From assembly GCF_001194135.2 (NCBI RefSeq), contig NC_068989.1, forward strand, positions 57,872,482 through 57,936,481: a stretch of 64,000 nt of DNA. The letters run 5' to 3'. Source of the DNA: Octopus bimaculoides. Taxonomy: Eukaryota. The notes beneath the pieces are model-generated. The model saw nothing but the letters and a program-made list of their open reading frames with translations, was not told where the DNA came from and searched no databases. Below are positions 1 to 11,675 of the stretch, piece after piece. A program made the translations under genes and the position numbers. Each line of letters opens with the position of its first letter. Positions within the stretch are counted from its first letter, which is position 1.

Positions 1-290
1 GCTCCCGTAGGATTTTCGAGCGAGATCGTTGCCAGTGCCCCTGGACTGGCTTGTGCGGGTGGCACATAAAAGACACCATTTCGAGCGTGGCTGTTTTCGT
101 GCGGGTGACACGTAAAAGCACCCACTACACTCTCTGAGTGGTTGGCGTTAGGAAGGGCATCCAGCTGTAGAAACTCTGCCAAATCAGACTGGAGCCTGGT
201 GTTGCCATCCGGTTTCACCAGTCCTCAGTCAAATCGTCCAACCCATGCTAGCATGGAAAGCGGACGTTAAACGATGATGATGATGATGAT
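1..290 (+). mobile_element. RTE-clade LINE 3' UTR fragment ending in (GAT)n tail
   Basis: Near-identical to the sequence downstream of the RTE ORF2 stop in the copy at 12470-14503 (…ggatgcccttcct/aggaagggcatcc…gttaaacgatgatgatgat); followed by (AT)n. Confidence 0.85.
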
Positions 291-319
291 ATATATATAT
301 ATATATCGTACCCATATTC

Positions 320-1176
320 CTACTGAACATTGGAGGTCTGCTACAACTCAGCAACAGAGTTAAAATTCTCTATGTAAAACAACTTGCCACAATTACTGTC
401 ACATTCAAACTCATGTTTGCAACACCTTAATAATACATATAAAGCAAGATGATGTAGCTGTATGCACAATATATCATCTGCCAAATACCACAAAATGTGA
501 TGGAAAATTTGAGGATAGCCTCAAACACATCAAAGACATATTAACAAACCTAGATCAGAACATCAACATACTCTTCCTGAGTGATTTCAACCTCCCACAT
601 GTCAAATGGCCAGAAGGCCACATCCTCTTTGGGATGTCATTGCATGAACAAAAGCATGTGGAGTCATTATTTCAACTGACTAATAACCTGTTCCTGGAGC
701 AAGTGATACTCAGGCCAACCAAGGGAAACAACATATTGAACCTATGCTTCACAAATAATGTGGACTTTATCCATAATGTGAAGGTGACACCAACGGCACT
801 TTCAGACCACAACATTGTTGAACTATGTATGGTCCTGCGTGAACTGTTGGTATCTACCCTATCAGGGGGACTCAAGTCATATCCAAACTGAATTTCCATA
901 AGGCAAAATGGGAATCAATCCACAAAGAGATCCACAAACGAAACTTGTCCAACATTCTGTGTATGCAAGACATTGATCTGAAACAGTTTATGTCAACAGT
1001 GCAAGCTATATGCACTAAATATATCCCAGAAAGAAAGACCAGCACAGTGTCAAACAAGATTCCCAGGGACAGAAAAATCCTTATGAGATGCAGGTCAAAG
1101 ATCTCAAAGCAGCTGAATAGGCAACTGGAAGATAGAGAGAAGTCTGTCTAAACACAGACGCTCCTAGAAATTCAAA

Positions 1177-1217
<41 letters not shown>

Positions 1218-2870
1218 GCTGTGGAAAGCATGCAAACAAATCCTAAACCTTTCTATAAATTCGCTAAGGAAACAACCACAATACAATATAAAATAGGACC
1301 ATTGTTCCAAGGGAATGACTCACTGATGGTCAGAAACAGGAATGATAAGTGAGATACTCACTTCCCCCCTTGGACACATGCAGATAAAAGTTCTGGCTGA
1401 ATTCTTTGATATTGCAGCTCTAAAAGAGGGGACACCAGCCATCAATTACATCAACATTGAGGAAAAAGTGGCCATAGATGAAATGAGCTCATGCTCCTTC
1501 AATGGTCCTGATGGCTTCCCAGCTATTCTCCTAAAGTCATGTAAGCAGGCTTTAGTGAAACCACTTCAGANNNNNNNNNNGCTTCCCAGCTATTCTCCTA
1601 AAGTCATGTAAGCAGGCTTTAGTGAAACCACTTCAGATACTTTTCCAAAGTTTCCTTGCAAGTGGTATACTTCCTAAAAAGTTGAAAGAAGGTATTATAT
1701 GGCCTATCCACAAAGCAGAGCAGAGGCCAGAAACTACAGGCCAGTCTCTCTGACTTTGCATATCAGTAAAGCCATGGAGCAAATCATCAGAAAGTAGTTG
1801 ATAATGTTCCTAGAAGAAAATGACCTACTGGACAATACACAACATGGCTTCCATCCAGGAAGAAGCTGCCTTACACAGCTTCTACAGCACCATGACTGGG
1901 TTTTGAAGCAGCTGCTTCACCATTCAGATGTCAGTGTGATATACCTTGACTTCTCAAAGGCATTTGATAAGGTAAATCATGGCATGATATGTCATAAGCT
2001 ACGAGACCATGGTATTGCTGATAAACTGAGAAAGTGGCTGCATGACTTCCTTAAAAACCAATGATGCACTTTCTGTGGAAACTCAAATCCTAAGCGGTGT
2101 CCCCCAGGGAACTGTTCTGGGACAATTACTGTTCATAATAGCCCTCTTAGACATGCCTACGGTCACTCAAACAGCCACTGTCACTAGCTATGCTGATGAT
2201 ACAAAATTATCACAGGCAATAAAAAACCAAGATGATGTCACAAGCTTAAAGCAGGATCTACATCCAACACACAAGTGGGCTGAAATAAACAACATGCAGT
2301 TTAATGCTGGAAAATTTCAAGTACTGCACTATCAGCTCACGAATATAGTACAGTCTACATATACAGGACCCGAAGGCACTACAATCACAGAGTCACAGGC
2401 AGTGAAAGACTTGGGGATTAGTGTGTGCAATGATGCATCATTTTATATGCACATTAGCAAGATGGCAGCAAAGTGCAGACAAATGGCGGGATGGATACTG
2501 AGGTCCTTCAAGACAAGAGACCAAGAAACTATGTTGATCTTGTGGAGAACCTTTGTTCTCAGCTACCTGAACTACTGCTCCCAGTTATGGTCACCACATA
2601 GTGTCAAACTAAGAGCGGAGTTTGAAGGAGTCCAAAGCCACTACACTGAAAACACTGAAACAGTGCAGTGGATGAGCTACAGGGATAGGCTGAGAAAACT
2701 ACAGCTTTACTCCCTGGAGTGAGGGCATAAGAGATATGCAATAACATACGCACTTAAAATCCTAGAAAGTCTTTTACCTAACTTTGGCATTGAGTGTTAT
2801 ACAAATGCCAGAACTGGCCACCATTGTATTGTACCAAAGGTACCATCCACTCCATCTGAATTCAGGATCA
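320..2870 (+). mobile_element. Degenerate CR1/L2-like LINE ORF2 (AP endonuclease remnant + reverse transcriptase), with stops and frameshifts
   Basis: EN-like 'FLSDFNLPHVKW' and 'RPTKGNNILNLCFTN'; RT motifs 'QHGFHPGRSCLTQLL', 'YLDFSKAFDKVNH', 'GVPQGTVLG', 'YADD'; post-RT 'WRTFVLSYLNYCSQLWSP'. Clade assignment is from motif resemblance. Confidence 0.85.
1571..1580. other. 10-N assembly gap with a duplicated 57-bp flank (overlapping contigs)
   Basis: 1514-1570 (gcttcccagct…ccacttcaga) is repeated exactly at 1581-1637. Confidence 0.9.
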
Positions 2871-2921
2871 GTTATATTTTGCTGTAAAGTATATATATAA
2901 AAATAATATAGGTGTGTTTAT

Positions 2922-2955
<34 letters not shown>

Positions 2956-2959
2956 GTAT

Positions 2960-3159
2960 ACTCTTTTACTCTTTTACTTGTTTCAGTCATTTGAGCACCA
3001 CCTTTAGTCGAGCAAATCGACCCCAGGACTTATTCTTTGGAAGCCAAGTACTTATTCTATTGGTCTCTTTTGCCGAACCGCTAAGTTATGGGGACGTAAA
3101 CACACCACCATCCGTTGTCAAGCGATGGTGGGGGGACAAACACAGACACACAAACATAT

Positions 3160-3198
<39 letters not shown>

Positions 3199-3352
3199 CG
3201 ACGGGCTTCTTTCAGTTTCCGTCTACCAAATCCACTCACAAGGCTTTGGTCGGCCCAAGGCTATAGTGGAAGACACTTGCCCAAGGTGCTACACAGTGGG
3301 AATGAACCCAGAACCATGTGGTTGGTAAGCAAGCTACTTACCACACAGCCAC
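2960..3352 (-). mobile_element. Full-length tRNA-derived SINE (octopus type, internal (AT)/(GT) microsatellite)
   Basis: tRNA-like head (gtggctgtgtggtaag…ggttc) plus body (…ggaaactgaaagaagcccgtcg), microsatellite and 3' half (…gactgaaacaagtaaaaga); same family at 29538-29965 (+) and 59345-59742 (-). Confidence 0.85.
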
Positions 3353-3427
3353 TGTATATAAAAACATATAGATGTATATATGTCTTGAGGCAAAATTTGA
3401 AACCATTATTATTATTATTATTATTAA

Positions 3428-3649
3428 GGCTGTGAGCTGGCAGAATCATTAGTGCACCAGGCAAAATGCTTAGCAGTATTTCATCCATCCTTACATTCTG
3501 AGTTCAAATTCTGCTAAAGTTGACTTTGCCTTTCATCCTTTCGGGGGTTGATGAAATAAGTACCAGTTAAGCACTGGGGTCAATGACATCAACTAGCCCC
3601 GCCCCTAAAATTTCAGACCTTGTGCCTATAATAAAAAGGATTATTATTC

Positions 3650-3683
<34 letters not shown>

Positions 3684-3925
3684 CATAATAAAAGGTGGCA
3701 AGCTGGCCAAATCGTTAGAATGCTAGACAAAATACTAATTGGCATTTCAACTGTCTCCACATTCTGAGTTTGAATTCTGCTGAGGTCCACTTTGCCTTTT
3801 ATCCATTTGGGGCCAGTAAAAATAAGCATCAGTTGAGCACTGGGGTCGATATAATCAACAAACTCCCTCCCCACAAAATTTCAGGCCTTGTACCTATAAC
3901 AGAGAGGATATAGTAGAAAGGATTC
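3428..3925 (+). mobile_element. Two head-to-tail copies of a second tRNA-derived SINE family, (ATT)n tails
   Basis: Each has a head 'g(t/c)gagctggc…aatc(a/g)ttag', a B-box-like 'ttctgagtt(c/t)(a/g)aattc', a core 'gactttgcctttcatcc…ggggtc' and an end 'gaaaggattatt'. Confidence 0.8.
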
Positions 3926-4994
3926 AGTAGAAAGGAATATTATTATTATTATTTTTATCTGCGAGGCATACTGGGCAAGTGTCTTCTACTATAGCCATGG
4001 GCCAGCCAAAACCTTGTGAGTGAATTTGGTAGATGGAAACAGAAAGAAGCCCGTCATACATATACGTATGTGTGTGTGTGTGTGTGTGTCTTTGTGTTTG
4101 TTCCCCACCACCACTTGACAACCAATGATGGTTTCTTTATGTCCCCGTAACTTAGCAGTTTGGCAAATAAGACCAATAGAATAAGCACCAGACTTAATAA
4201 AGTAAGTACTGGGGTCAATTTGTTCAACTAAAACCCTTCAAAGCAAGGTGGTGCCTCAGCATGGCTGCAGTCAAATGACTGAAAAGGATAAAAGATATTA
4301 TTCATAATTATTTTCTGTACATTCATTTACATTCATAGCACCATCATCATCATTTTAACAACCACTTTTTCCAAGCTTGCAACAGTTAGACAGAACTTAT
4401 TAAGGCAGATTTTCTATAGATGGATGCCCTTCCTATCACCAACCCTCAACAGTTTTTCAAACAAGGTAATAATATTTTCAGGTGGAGACACTAACACAAT
4501 TACACACACAGACACACACACAGTGACATCAATCTTATAATAATTCTGCTTGTCATTCTGTTACTTAGCCCATTGGTAATGCTTTCATGTGATTAGAGAA
4601 AAAGAAGGAAAAAGAAAAGAGGGAGAGAGAAGCATCCATGACGTGAGGTAGAGGGAATGTAATTGTAATGCTTTCACATGATTAGTTGGAGGGAAAGAGT
4701 GATTTTTTTTTTTTGAACAAAGTTTTTTATATCACCTATCACTTACCGCATGTGCATAAGTGCAATTCCAAGAAATATTGATGCTTATTTACATGACAGA
4801 TATATGCAATTCACCTAAAGTTTGTATCATATGTACAGGATATATATTTTTTTGCTTTGTTTATGGGAAAAATGGAAAAATAAGAGTGAATGTTTATTTT
4901 ATAAGTGCTATGTATTAAGTCTATAAAATTGTGCATAAAGTATATCAAGTGTATATATAAAGTGCATTAAGTAGTCATCGTATTCAAATTTCTT

Positions 4995-5115
4995 TCACTT
5001 TTCAATGATTAACACAGATGAGTGACTGTCTTTCCATACAGACACAACATAGGCCACACTTTCAGATTTTTTGGATAAAGTTTTCAGAAATAACCCAATA
5101 GGATTACCATTAATT
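4995..5115 (-). CDS. Candidate terminal coding exon of an unidentified gene: (R)INGNPIGLFLKTLSKKSESVAYVVSVWKDSHSSVLIIEK*
   Basis: Unique (non-repeat) sequence; acceptor atttcatAG at 5117-5116; 39 open codons then TGA (4997-4995); AATAAA on minus at 4898-4893. No family recognised. Confidence 0.4.
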
Positions 5116-5414
5116 CTATGAAATATTCACAGGTCCCGCTAGTATACATAAATATATATAAACACAGATCTAACTGTGTGGTAAGAACCTTGCTTCCCAA
5201 CTACATGGTTCCAAGTTCAGTCCCACTGCACAGCACCTTGGGCAAGTGTCTTTTACTCTAGTTTTGGGCTGACCAAAGCCTTGTGAATAGATTTGGTAGA
5301 TAGAAACTGAAAAAAGCCCATCATATATATTTTTCTCGATTGGGCAATCTACTAGCGCAAATCAGTCAATGTGTTGGCTGAATTATATATATATAAAGCT
5401 ACTAGCTTTGTCAG

Positions 5415-5516
5415 TTCATTCAGGGTTGCCCCTCTCAGGTACATCTGATCGATAAGAGTCAACAAACTCGAAACATCAATGTCTCAGATTCCCGAGAGAG
5501 GGCAACACTGAACGAA
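5415..5516 (+). ncRNA. Type I hammerhead-ribozyme-like element with variant core (UCGAUAA) and long stem I
   Basis: Stem I ATCTGA(5443-48)/TCAGAT(5484-89); core TCGATAA(5449-55); stem II GAGT/ACTC with CAACAA loop; GAAAC(5470-74); stem III ACA/TGT with TCAA loop; GTC cleavage triplet (5481-83); outer helix 5415-5439 pairing with 5491-5516. Confidence 0.7.
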
Positions 5517-5559
5517 TGGAGTGCCTTCACACCTTTTTACCATAAGAGAGAATTTTTCT

Positions 5560-6450
5560 CCATGGTAACTGCAGTGATTTGGTGATTTCTCCACATAGCT
5601 GCATGCACATCTGTGATGCTTTTCTCAGTTCTGCTGGTTGTGGGTTTCCCAAGACGTTCATCAATATCAACATTTTTCAGCCATCTTCAAAACGTCTGAA
5701 CAACTCACACACTTGTGTGCGGTTCATACACTCCTCTCCATACACATTCTGCAATTTTGCATAGGCCTCTGAGCAGGTATCACCATGACAACTTTCTCTG
5801 ACATGGTCAATGCGACGATCACATGCTACACACCCTCTTTCTAAGCATTGCTGTAAACAGCAGAAGTGAGCTAGATTGTCCAGATGCTTATTGATCAGAC
5901 CTTGTATAATGAATAATTGTTCTAAGAACATATTTCCAAGAAAAACACTACACCTTCCACAAAGGAGGTGCAATCTTCTATCATAAAAGAGAAGCTGATC
6001 TCTGTCTGACTGTTCGTAATAACATCTGTGTGTAGAGAGAGAGGAGAAGGGGAGGAATCAAAAGGGGAGATAGCCCCTGTTGCAACATACATTTAGAAGG
6101 GGAGGAGAAAAAGTTGTTGAGAGAGAAATACTGTGTCAGAGAGAGAGTATGTGTGCGTGTGTGAAAGATAGACAGATAGATAGAGAAATAGAGAGAGAGA
6201 GAGAGAGAGAGATGCATACATACATACCTACATACATACATACATACATAGGTAGTATTGTCACCATAGTAACTAACAGGTTTTGATTAGAACCATATGA
6301 ATTTTAAGCAGAAGTCTGTCAACACAATGCAAAACAGACTTCAAAAGAATAACTATATGTATACGAGGGGCTTTGGGTAAAAGAAAATACAGGAGGATTA
6401 GTTAATTATGATTTTATTCAACATATTCCCCCCTCTCAGATTCATGCACT
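5560..6450 (-). mobile_element. Degenerate mariner-like DNA transposon, interrupted by (GA)n/(CATA)n
   Basis: Minus-strand 'TCSEAYAKLQNVYGEECMNRTQVCELFRRFEDG' is the mariner N-terminal HTH; same family as 14640-15235. Confidence 0.75.
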
Positions 6451-6593
6451 TATTGCAGTGGTGTGAAAGATAGAATTAAAATGTGTTTCAACAAAAAAAA
6501 TATATATATAACAGGTTGTTGTTGAGCATATCAATGTGATCACTCTAGTAGACTTCTGTTGAAGGATCTATTTCAACTTGACTAGGTCATTAC

Positions 6594-6651
6594 CTGGCAG
6601 CATAGTGGCAGGGTATGAATAGTAATACATAATAAAAACTACTCCAACACA
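6594..6651 (-). CDS. Candidate internal exon (58 nt, phase 1 to 2: V-CWSSFYYVLLFIPCHYAA-R) of the same unidentified gene
   Basis: First AG (AAG) after a long pyrimidine tract on minus; donor CAG|GTAATG at 6593; phases join 15940 upstream and 5115 downstream into one ORF. Other frames are also open, so the reading is uncertain. Confidence 0.3.
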
Positions 6652-6734
6652 CTTCATGAAAACATATAAAAAAGAAGTGAAAACCAGGTCAAGAATCAAG
6701 AGGAGCCAGACGCAGTGCTATTTTAGTAATATTG

Positions 6735-7845
6735 ATGTGTGTATATGAGTGTACATGTGTGCACATACACATGTATGTGTCTATGTGTGTGTATGTATAT
6801 ATGAATGTAAGACTATACGTATGTATAAATATGTGTATATCTGTGCATGTATACATGTATATATGTGTGTTTGTACACATGTAAACATGAATCTATGCAT
6901 ACATACACATGTATTATGTATGCATGTATATGTATGTATTATGTATGAATATGTGTGCATATTAATGGGTATGTATGTACATAGGTATATGTGCGTGTGT
7001 TTGTATGCATGTACATTTGTGAATCTATCTAAATATATGTGAGTAGATGGACGGACAGATGGACAGATGGATGGATGTTATGAATAGTGACATATAAAAA
7101 CAAACACTAAGATAGTGGTGCCCAACCTTTTCACTACCAAGAACCCCTTTTATTTAAATGAGTTTTCCCACAGACCCAAGATATTGAAAGGTCGGTCAGC
7201 TTAACATGTTCATAAAACTCCAGTACTACTTTTGCAGACCACCAGGGGTCCGCAGACCACAGGTTGGGAACCACTGCACTAAGGCATCATGAATGAATGA
7301 ATGAATGACAATTGGCTGGCTGTCTGCCATATATATGAAAGTATGTATACATGTGTATGTTGTGTGCATATATGTATATGCTTATGAAGGTATGTATATA
7401 TGTATGCATAGATGTATGCATATATGTATATCTGCATGTATGCATGTGTGCATGCATGTATGTATGCATGTAGGTATGTGTGCATGTACATATGTATGTG
7501 TAGCTATATGTATATGAGTGTACATGTATATATGTCTGCATGTACATATGCTTATAGTTATGCATGCATGTATGTATAAATGCAAGTATGTATGCTTGTG
7601 GGTATGCATGTACAATATTTTCTGGCATACAAGTTAACATAGTATATAGTGTAAACATGTAGCATAAGCATTCAAATATTGCCACTGTCTTTCGAAATCC
7701 TGCTGCATTTTACATGGAATTTTTGGTCATCCAAAGTCATCTTGGTGTATAAGATAACCCACCTTTCCTTGGCTATAAAGTTTGGTATGAAAATTTCGAC
7801 TTATGCATCAGAAAATATTGTATATGGATGTATGCATGCATGCAG

Positions 7846-7917
<72 letters not shown>

Positions 7918-7925
7918 ATGCACTT
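6735..7925. repeat. Degenerate (TATG/CATG/TGTG)n purine-pyrimidine alternating tracts (6735-7045, 7320-7625, 7820-7925)
   Basis: Direct reading; source of the many M/Y/H/C/V-rich spurious ORFs. Confidence 0.9.
7113..7276. mobile_element. hAT (Charlie/Buster-like) MITE, 164 bp
   Basis: TIRs tagtggtgcccaacc / ggttgggaaccactg; 8-bp TSD cactaaga (7105-12) / cactaagg (7277-84). Confidence 0.8.
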
Positions 7926-8019
7926 CATTGTATTGCCCTTGTTTGTTTAAATCATTTGCTATATTATCAGAATTTGTCCATTTCCTTGTAAAATTCATTC
8001 GTTTTTATTGATCTGTTTT

Positions 8020-8520
8020 GTATTGTCCCCTCTGCGTTGGCCCCTTGTGGGCAGTAAAGAATCAGACTTGATTGTGAAATTCTTGTTCATCCTGATGAGG
8101 GGCTCATTGCCGAGATGTGCTTTAACTCGCAATCGGACTGCAGCAATGAACTCCCGAAATGGCCATTGATGTATTTTAACCTGATTTTGTGGAACTTTCT
8201 TATGTTCCTTGGACTTCAACCTACCATGATTTTTGAGAAATGAGCTATTCACTTTGATTACTTATTTTTAGTCAATTTGTATATACCTTTTCTTGATTGG
8301 CCATTCTATATATTTGGTATTTCTATGTGCATATATATCTTTTACCTTCTGTGCTTTTATATATGTATTCCTTTTCTATGTTGAAGGCCATGATTATGTT
8401 TATATATGATAAAATGTATGGAAGCATGGTGTTATATAAATTTGATGTTTGTTCTCTCATCAATGTTTTTTGTCTGTCTCAATTTCATTTGAGCATTTCT
8501 TTTTTGCAGTCCTATAAACC
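8020..8520 (-). mobile_element. Possible Penelope-like GIY-YIG endonuclease remnant
   Basis: Minus-strand pieces 'KEYIYKSTEGKRYI' and 'IEWPIKKRY' resemble the PLE GIY-YIG region; heavily decayed. Confidence 0.3.
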
Positions 8521-8561
8521 CTTTTGTCTCCATAAAAAGAGGCGATAATTATTTCTTGTCT

Positions 8562-8611
<50 letters not shown>

Positions 8612-8613
<2 letters not shown>

Positions 8614-9430
8614 ACCAGCATGGAGAAGAAGGGTCTGGAAGCTTAAGGATCCTGCGAATGGACAGAGGTTTAGAGATGTATTACTCAAAGCTTTTGACGA
8701 AATAGAGGAGGATATAGCATCAAATGATGTGGAAGACAACTGGAGATTCCTACAGGGCAGCCTGTTGAGGGCTACTGACCAGATCTGTGGATGGTGCAGA
8801 GTCCCCTCTCGACCCAAGGTAACATGGTGGAGGAACAATGTAGTTGACAGGGCTATTAGGGAAAAGAAACAGGCATGGAAGGATTGGAAGTGTGGTGGTA
8901 GCAGGGAATTGTATCAGATTGCCAGAAGAGAAGCTAGAAGACAGATTTACTTAGCCAGAGGGGAAGCAGATAAGAAAAAATTTGCCAACATTCTATGTCA
9001 TGGGGGTGGATGCTCTGAGAGTGTAGGGGCTAGAATAAGAATAGCCTGGGCAAAGTTCAGAGAGCTCTTACCTCTGCTGGTGACAAAGGGCCTCTCACTC
9101 AGAGTAAAAGGTAAGCTGTATTACACATGTGTGCAAACATCCATGCTACATGGCAGTGAAACATGGGTCATGACTGCTGAAGACATGCATAAGCTTGCAA
9201 GAAATGAAGCTAGTATTCTCCGCTGGATGTGTAATGTCAGTGTGCATACACAACAGAGTGTAAGCGCCCTGAGAGAAAAGTTGGACATAAGAAGTATCAG
9301 ATGTTGTGTGCAAGAGAGACGACTGCGCTGGTATGGTCATGTGTCACGTATAGATGAGGACAGCTGTGTGAAGAAGTGTCACACCCTAACAGTAGAGGGA
9401 ACCCTTGGAAGAGGTAGACATATGAAGACC
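8612..9430 (+). mobile_element. RTE LINE fragment with in-frame internal deletion of the RT domain
   Basis: ORF 8729-9724 reads pre-RT 'KVTWWRNNVVDRAIREKK…KKKFANILCH' directly into post-RT 'GGGCSESVGARIRIAWAKFRELLP…RRLRWYGHV'; junction at about 9000. Confidence 0.85.
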
Positions 9431-9439
9431 TGCTTAAAA

Positions 9440-9975
9440 AAACTTGCTGTTCAGCTGCTGCAGTTCGCACAGCCTCTGCATATATCCTTTTGTTGGAAGC
9501 AGAAGGAATATGTGGATTTCTTTCCTTGTAAGTCCTGTTGCTTCTTGGTGGATTATGGGCATGCAGGTTCAAGTTTTTTGGTCTCCTTTTTCTGCGCTCC
9601 TGCTTATTTTGTTGTGGGTAGTCATCTAGCTTGTTTAGCTGGTGGTGTTTGGAATGGGCAAATTTGCAGTTTGCTCCCTTTTCCCCGTGCTAACAGGTAC
9701 TATTTAGGTAGAATTTACAGATAATCTGTTTCTTTGCGTAACGTACTTGGGCTTGAAGCTTGTTAGTGTTCACCATTTCTTTGTCTTTGGCTACTTTGTC
9801 TGTTCTCCTGTCTCTGTCTTTTAGTGTGGTACTGTGTTTGTTGTATTCACAGCGGCTACAGCAGTGGTGGCATTTGCATTGTTTCAGTCATCCATTTAGC
9901 CTTTCTGGGTTTGAGCACAGTGTGCAGGGTCTTCATTGTCGTCCTTTTAACATCCTGTGTCCCTCATAATGCCTT
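9440..9975 (-). mobile_element. LINE ORF1-like remnant with CCCH zinc finger (CR1-group-like)
   Basis: Minus strand 'KKQIICKFYLNSTC*HGEKGANCKFAHSK' (C-x7-C-x8-C-x3-H) with upstream Cys cluster 'CKCHHCCSRCE'; contains an in-frame stop. Confidence 0.55.
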
Positions 9976-9983
9976 CTAGGTCA

Positions 9984-9984
<1 letters not shown>

Positions 9985-10034
<50 letters not shown>

Positions 10035-10265
10035 TATATTCTATATAATATATATATATATATATATGTATATAATGTATATACATATATTATATATTCT
10101 ATATAATATATATATATGATATATATTCCATATAATATATATATGTATATAATATATATATATATATATAAATATTATATATAATATATATAATATATAT
10201 ATATGTATATAATATATATATATGTATATAAGATATATATATATATATTATATATATAATATATA
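9985..10265. repeat. Degenerate (AT)n microsatellite
   Basis: Direct reading. Confidence 0.95.
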
Positions 10266-10784
10266 AAAGCTTGCTTTCCAACCACATGATTTTGTGTGTG
10301 TATATGTGTGTATATAAGTACATGTGTACATGCATGCATGTATGCATGTGTGTGTATGTGTACATGTGTGTTTATGTGTGTGTGTTCGTGGTTTACTGCA
10401 TTTGGCAATTAAGGTTTCATATTTTATAAGATGCAATTAATTCTTTCTCTAGTTTGGTACTTTGTTTTGTAATATACTCACAAATTTAAAACTCACTAAT
10501 TACCAATGAAGACATAACAGGATTTCACTGCTAGCATTTTTTTTTTTTTTTTACATTTACACTCAACTCTGCTACGACTGACTTGTTTGTCATCAGAAAT
10601 ATCATACCATGCAATTACAGTCTATATTTTTTTTTTTGCGTGTGTGTTGTTGTTGTTGCTGTCGCTGTTCATTTTGTTTTGTTATTTAAGATGGCATCAA
10701 CAACAGCAACAACAAAACCATTCTAAACAATCTGACACAGTCGCACCCTTTTATCATAATAACAACACAAAAAAATAAACACAG

Positions 10785-11675
10785 GGTCAATAAAATGACT
10801 ACCAGTTGAACACTGGGGTCGATGTAATCGACTATCCCCCTCTCCCAAAATTTCAGGCCTTGTATCTATAGTAGAAAGGATTATCATTATTATTAAAGCA
10901 GTGAGCTGGCAGAATCGTTAGCACATTGGACAAAATGCTTAGCAGTATTTTGCCCATCGCTACGTTCTGAGTTCAAATTCTGCCGAGGTCAACTTTGCCT
11001 TTCATCCTTTCAGCACAAGTGAAACACTGGGGTCAATGTAATCGACTAATCCCCTTCCTCAAATCATAGTCATTAGCACACCAGACAAAATGCTTAGCAT
11101 CATTTCATCCATCTTCACATTTTAGTCTCAAATCTCACTGAGGTTGACTTTACCTTTCATCAACAATAAAATATATACCAGTCAAGCACTGGAGTCGATG
11201 ATATCGACTAGCCCTCTCCCCATAAAATTTCAGGCTTTTAGGAGAATGAATTATTATTACTATTCAAGATAGAAAACTGGCAGAATCATTAGCACACAGG
11301 ACAAAATGCTTAGCAGTATTTTGTCTGTCTTTACATTCTGAGTTCACATTGCGTCAAAATCAACTTTGCCTTTCATCTTTTGGTGGTTAATAAAATGAGT
11401 ACCAGTTGAAAACTAAGGTAGATGTAATTGACTATCCCCTCCACCCTTGTTTAAGGTGGGTGGCAAGCTAGCAGAATCATTAGCCAGCTGGACAAAATGC
11501 CATTAAGCATCTTGTCTGTCTTTAAGTTCTGGATTCAAATTCCCCCAAGGTCAACTCTGACTTTCATCCTTTCAGGGTTGATAAAAATAAGAACCAGTTG
11601 AGCACTGGGGTCAATGGCATTGACTTAACTCTCCCCTTAAAATTGCTAACCTTGTGCCAAAATTAGAAAGAATTA
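10785..11675 (+). mobile_element. Head-to-tail array of about 5 SINE copies (second family)
   Basis: Repeated 'ggcagaatc…ttagca…aaatgcttagc…ttctgagttcaaatt…tttcatcctt…cactggggtc' units, all + strand. Confidence 0.8.

Noticed and set aside
1514-1637. 57-bp tandem duplication in the LINE
   Set aside because: Brackets a 10-N gap exactly; contig-overlap artefact.
6589-6600. 'ttacctggcag' resembling the U1 snRNA 5' end
   Set aside because: No further U1 similarity; it is the reverse complement of a splice donor.
6689-8011. Many overlapping ORFs on both strands (M/Y/H/C/V-rich)
   Set aside because: Translations of (TATG/CATG)n low-complexity repeats, which lack stop codons.
8085-8150. CTGATGA…GAGAT hammerhead-like motif in the putative Penelope remnant
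   Set aside because: GAAA is broken and I could not place stem III, a valid NUH triplet and stem I together; suggestive only.
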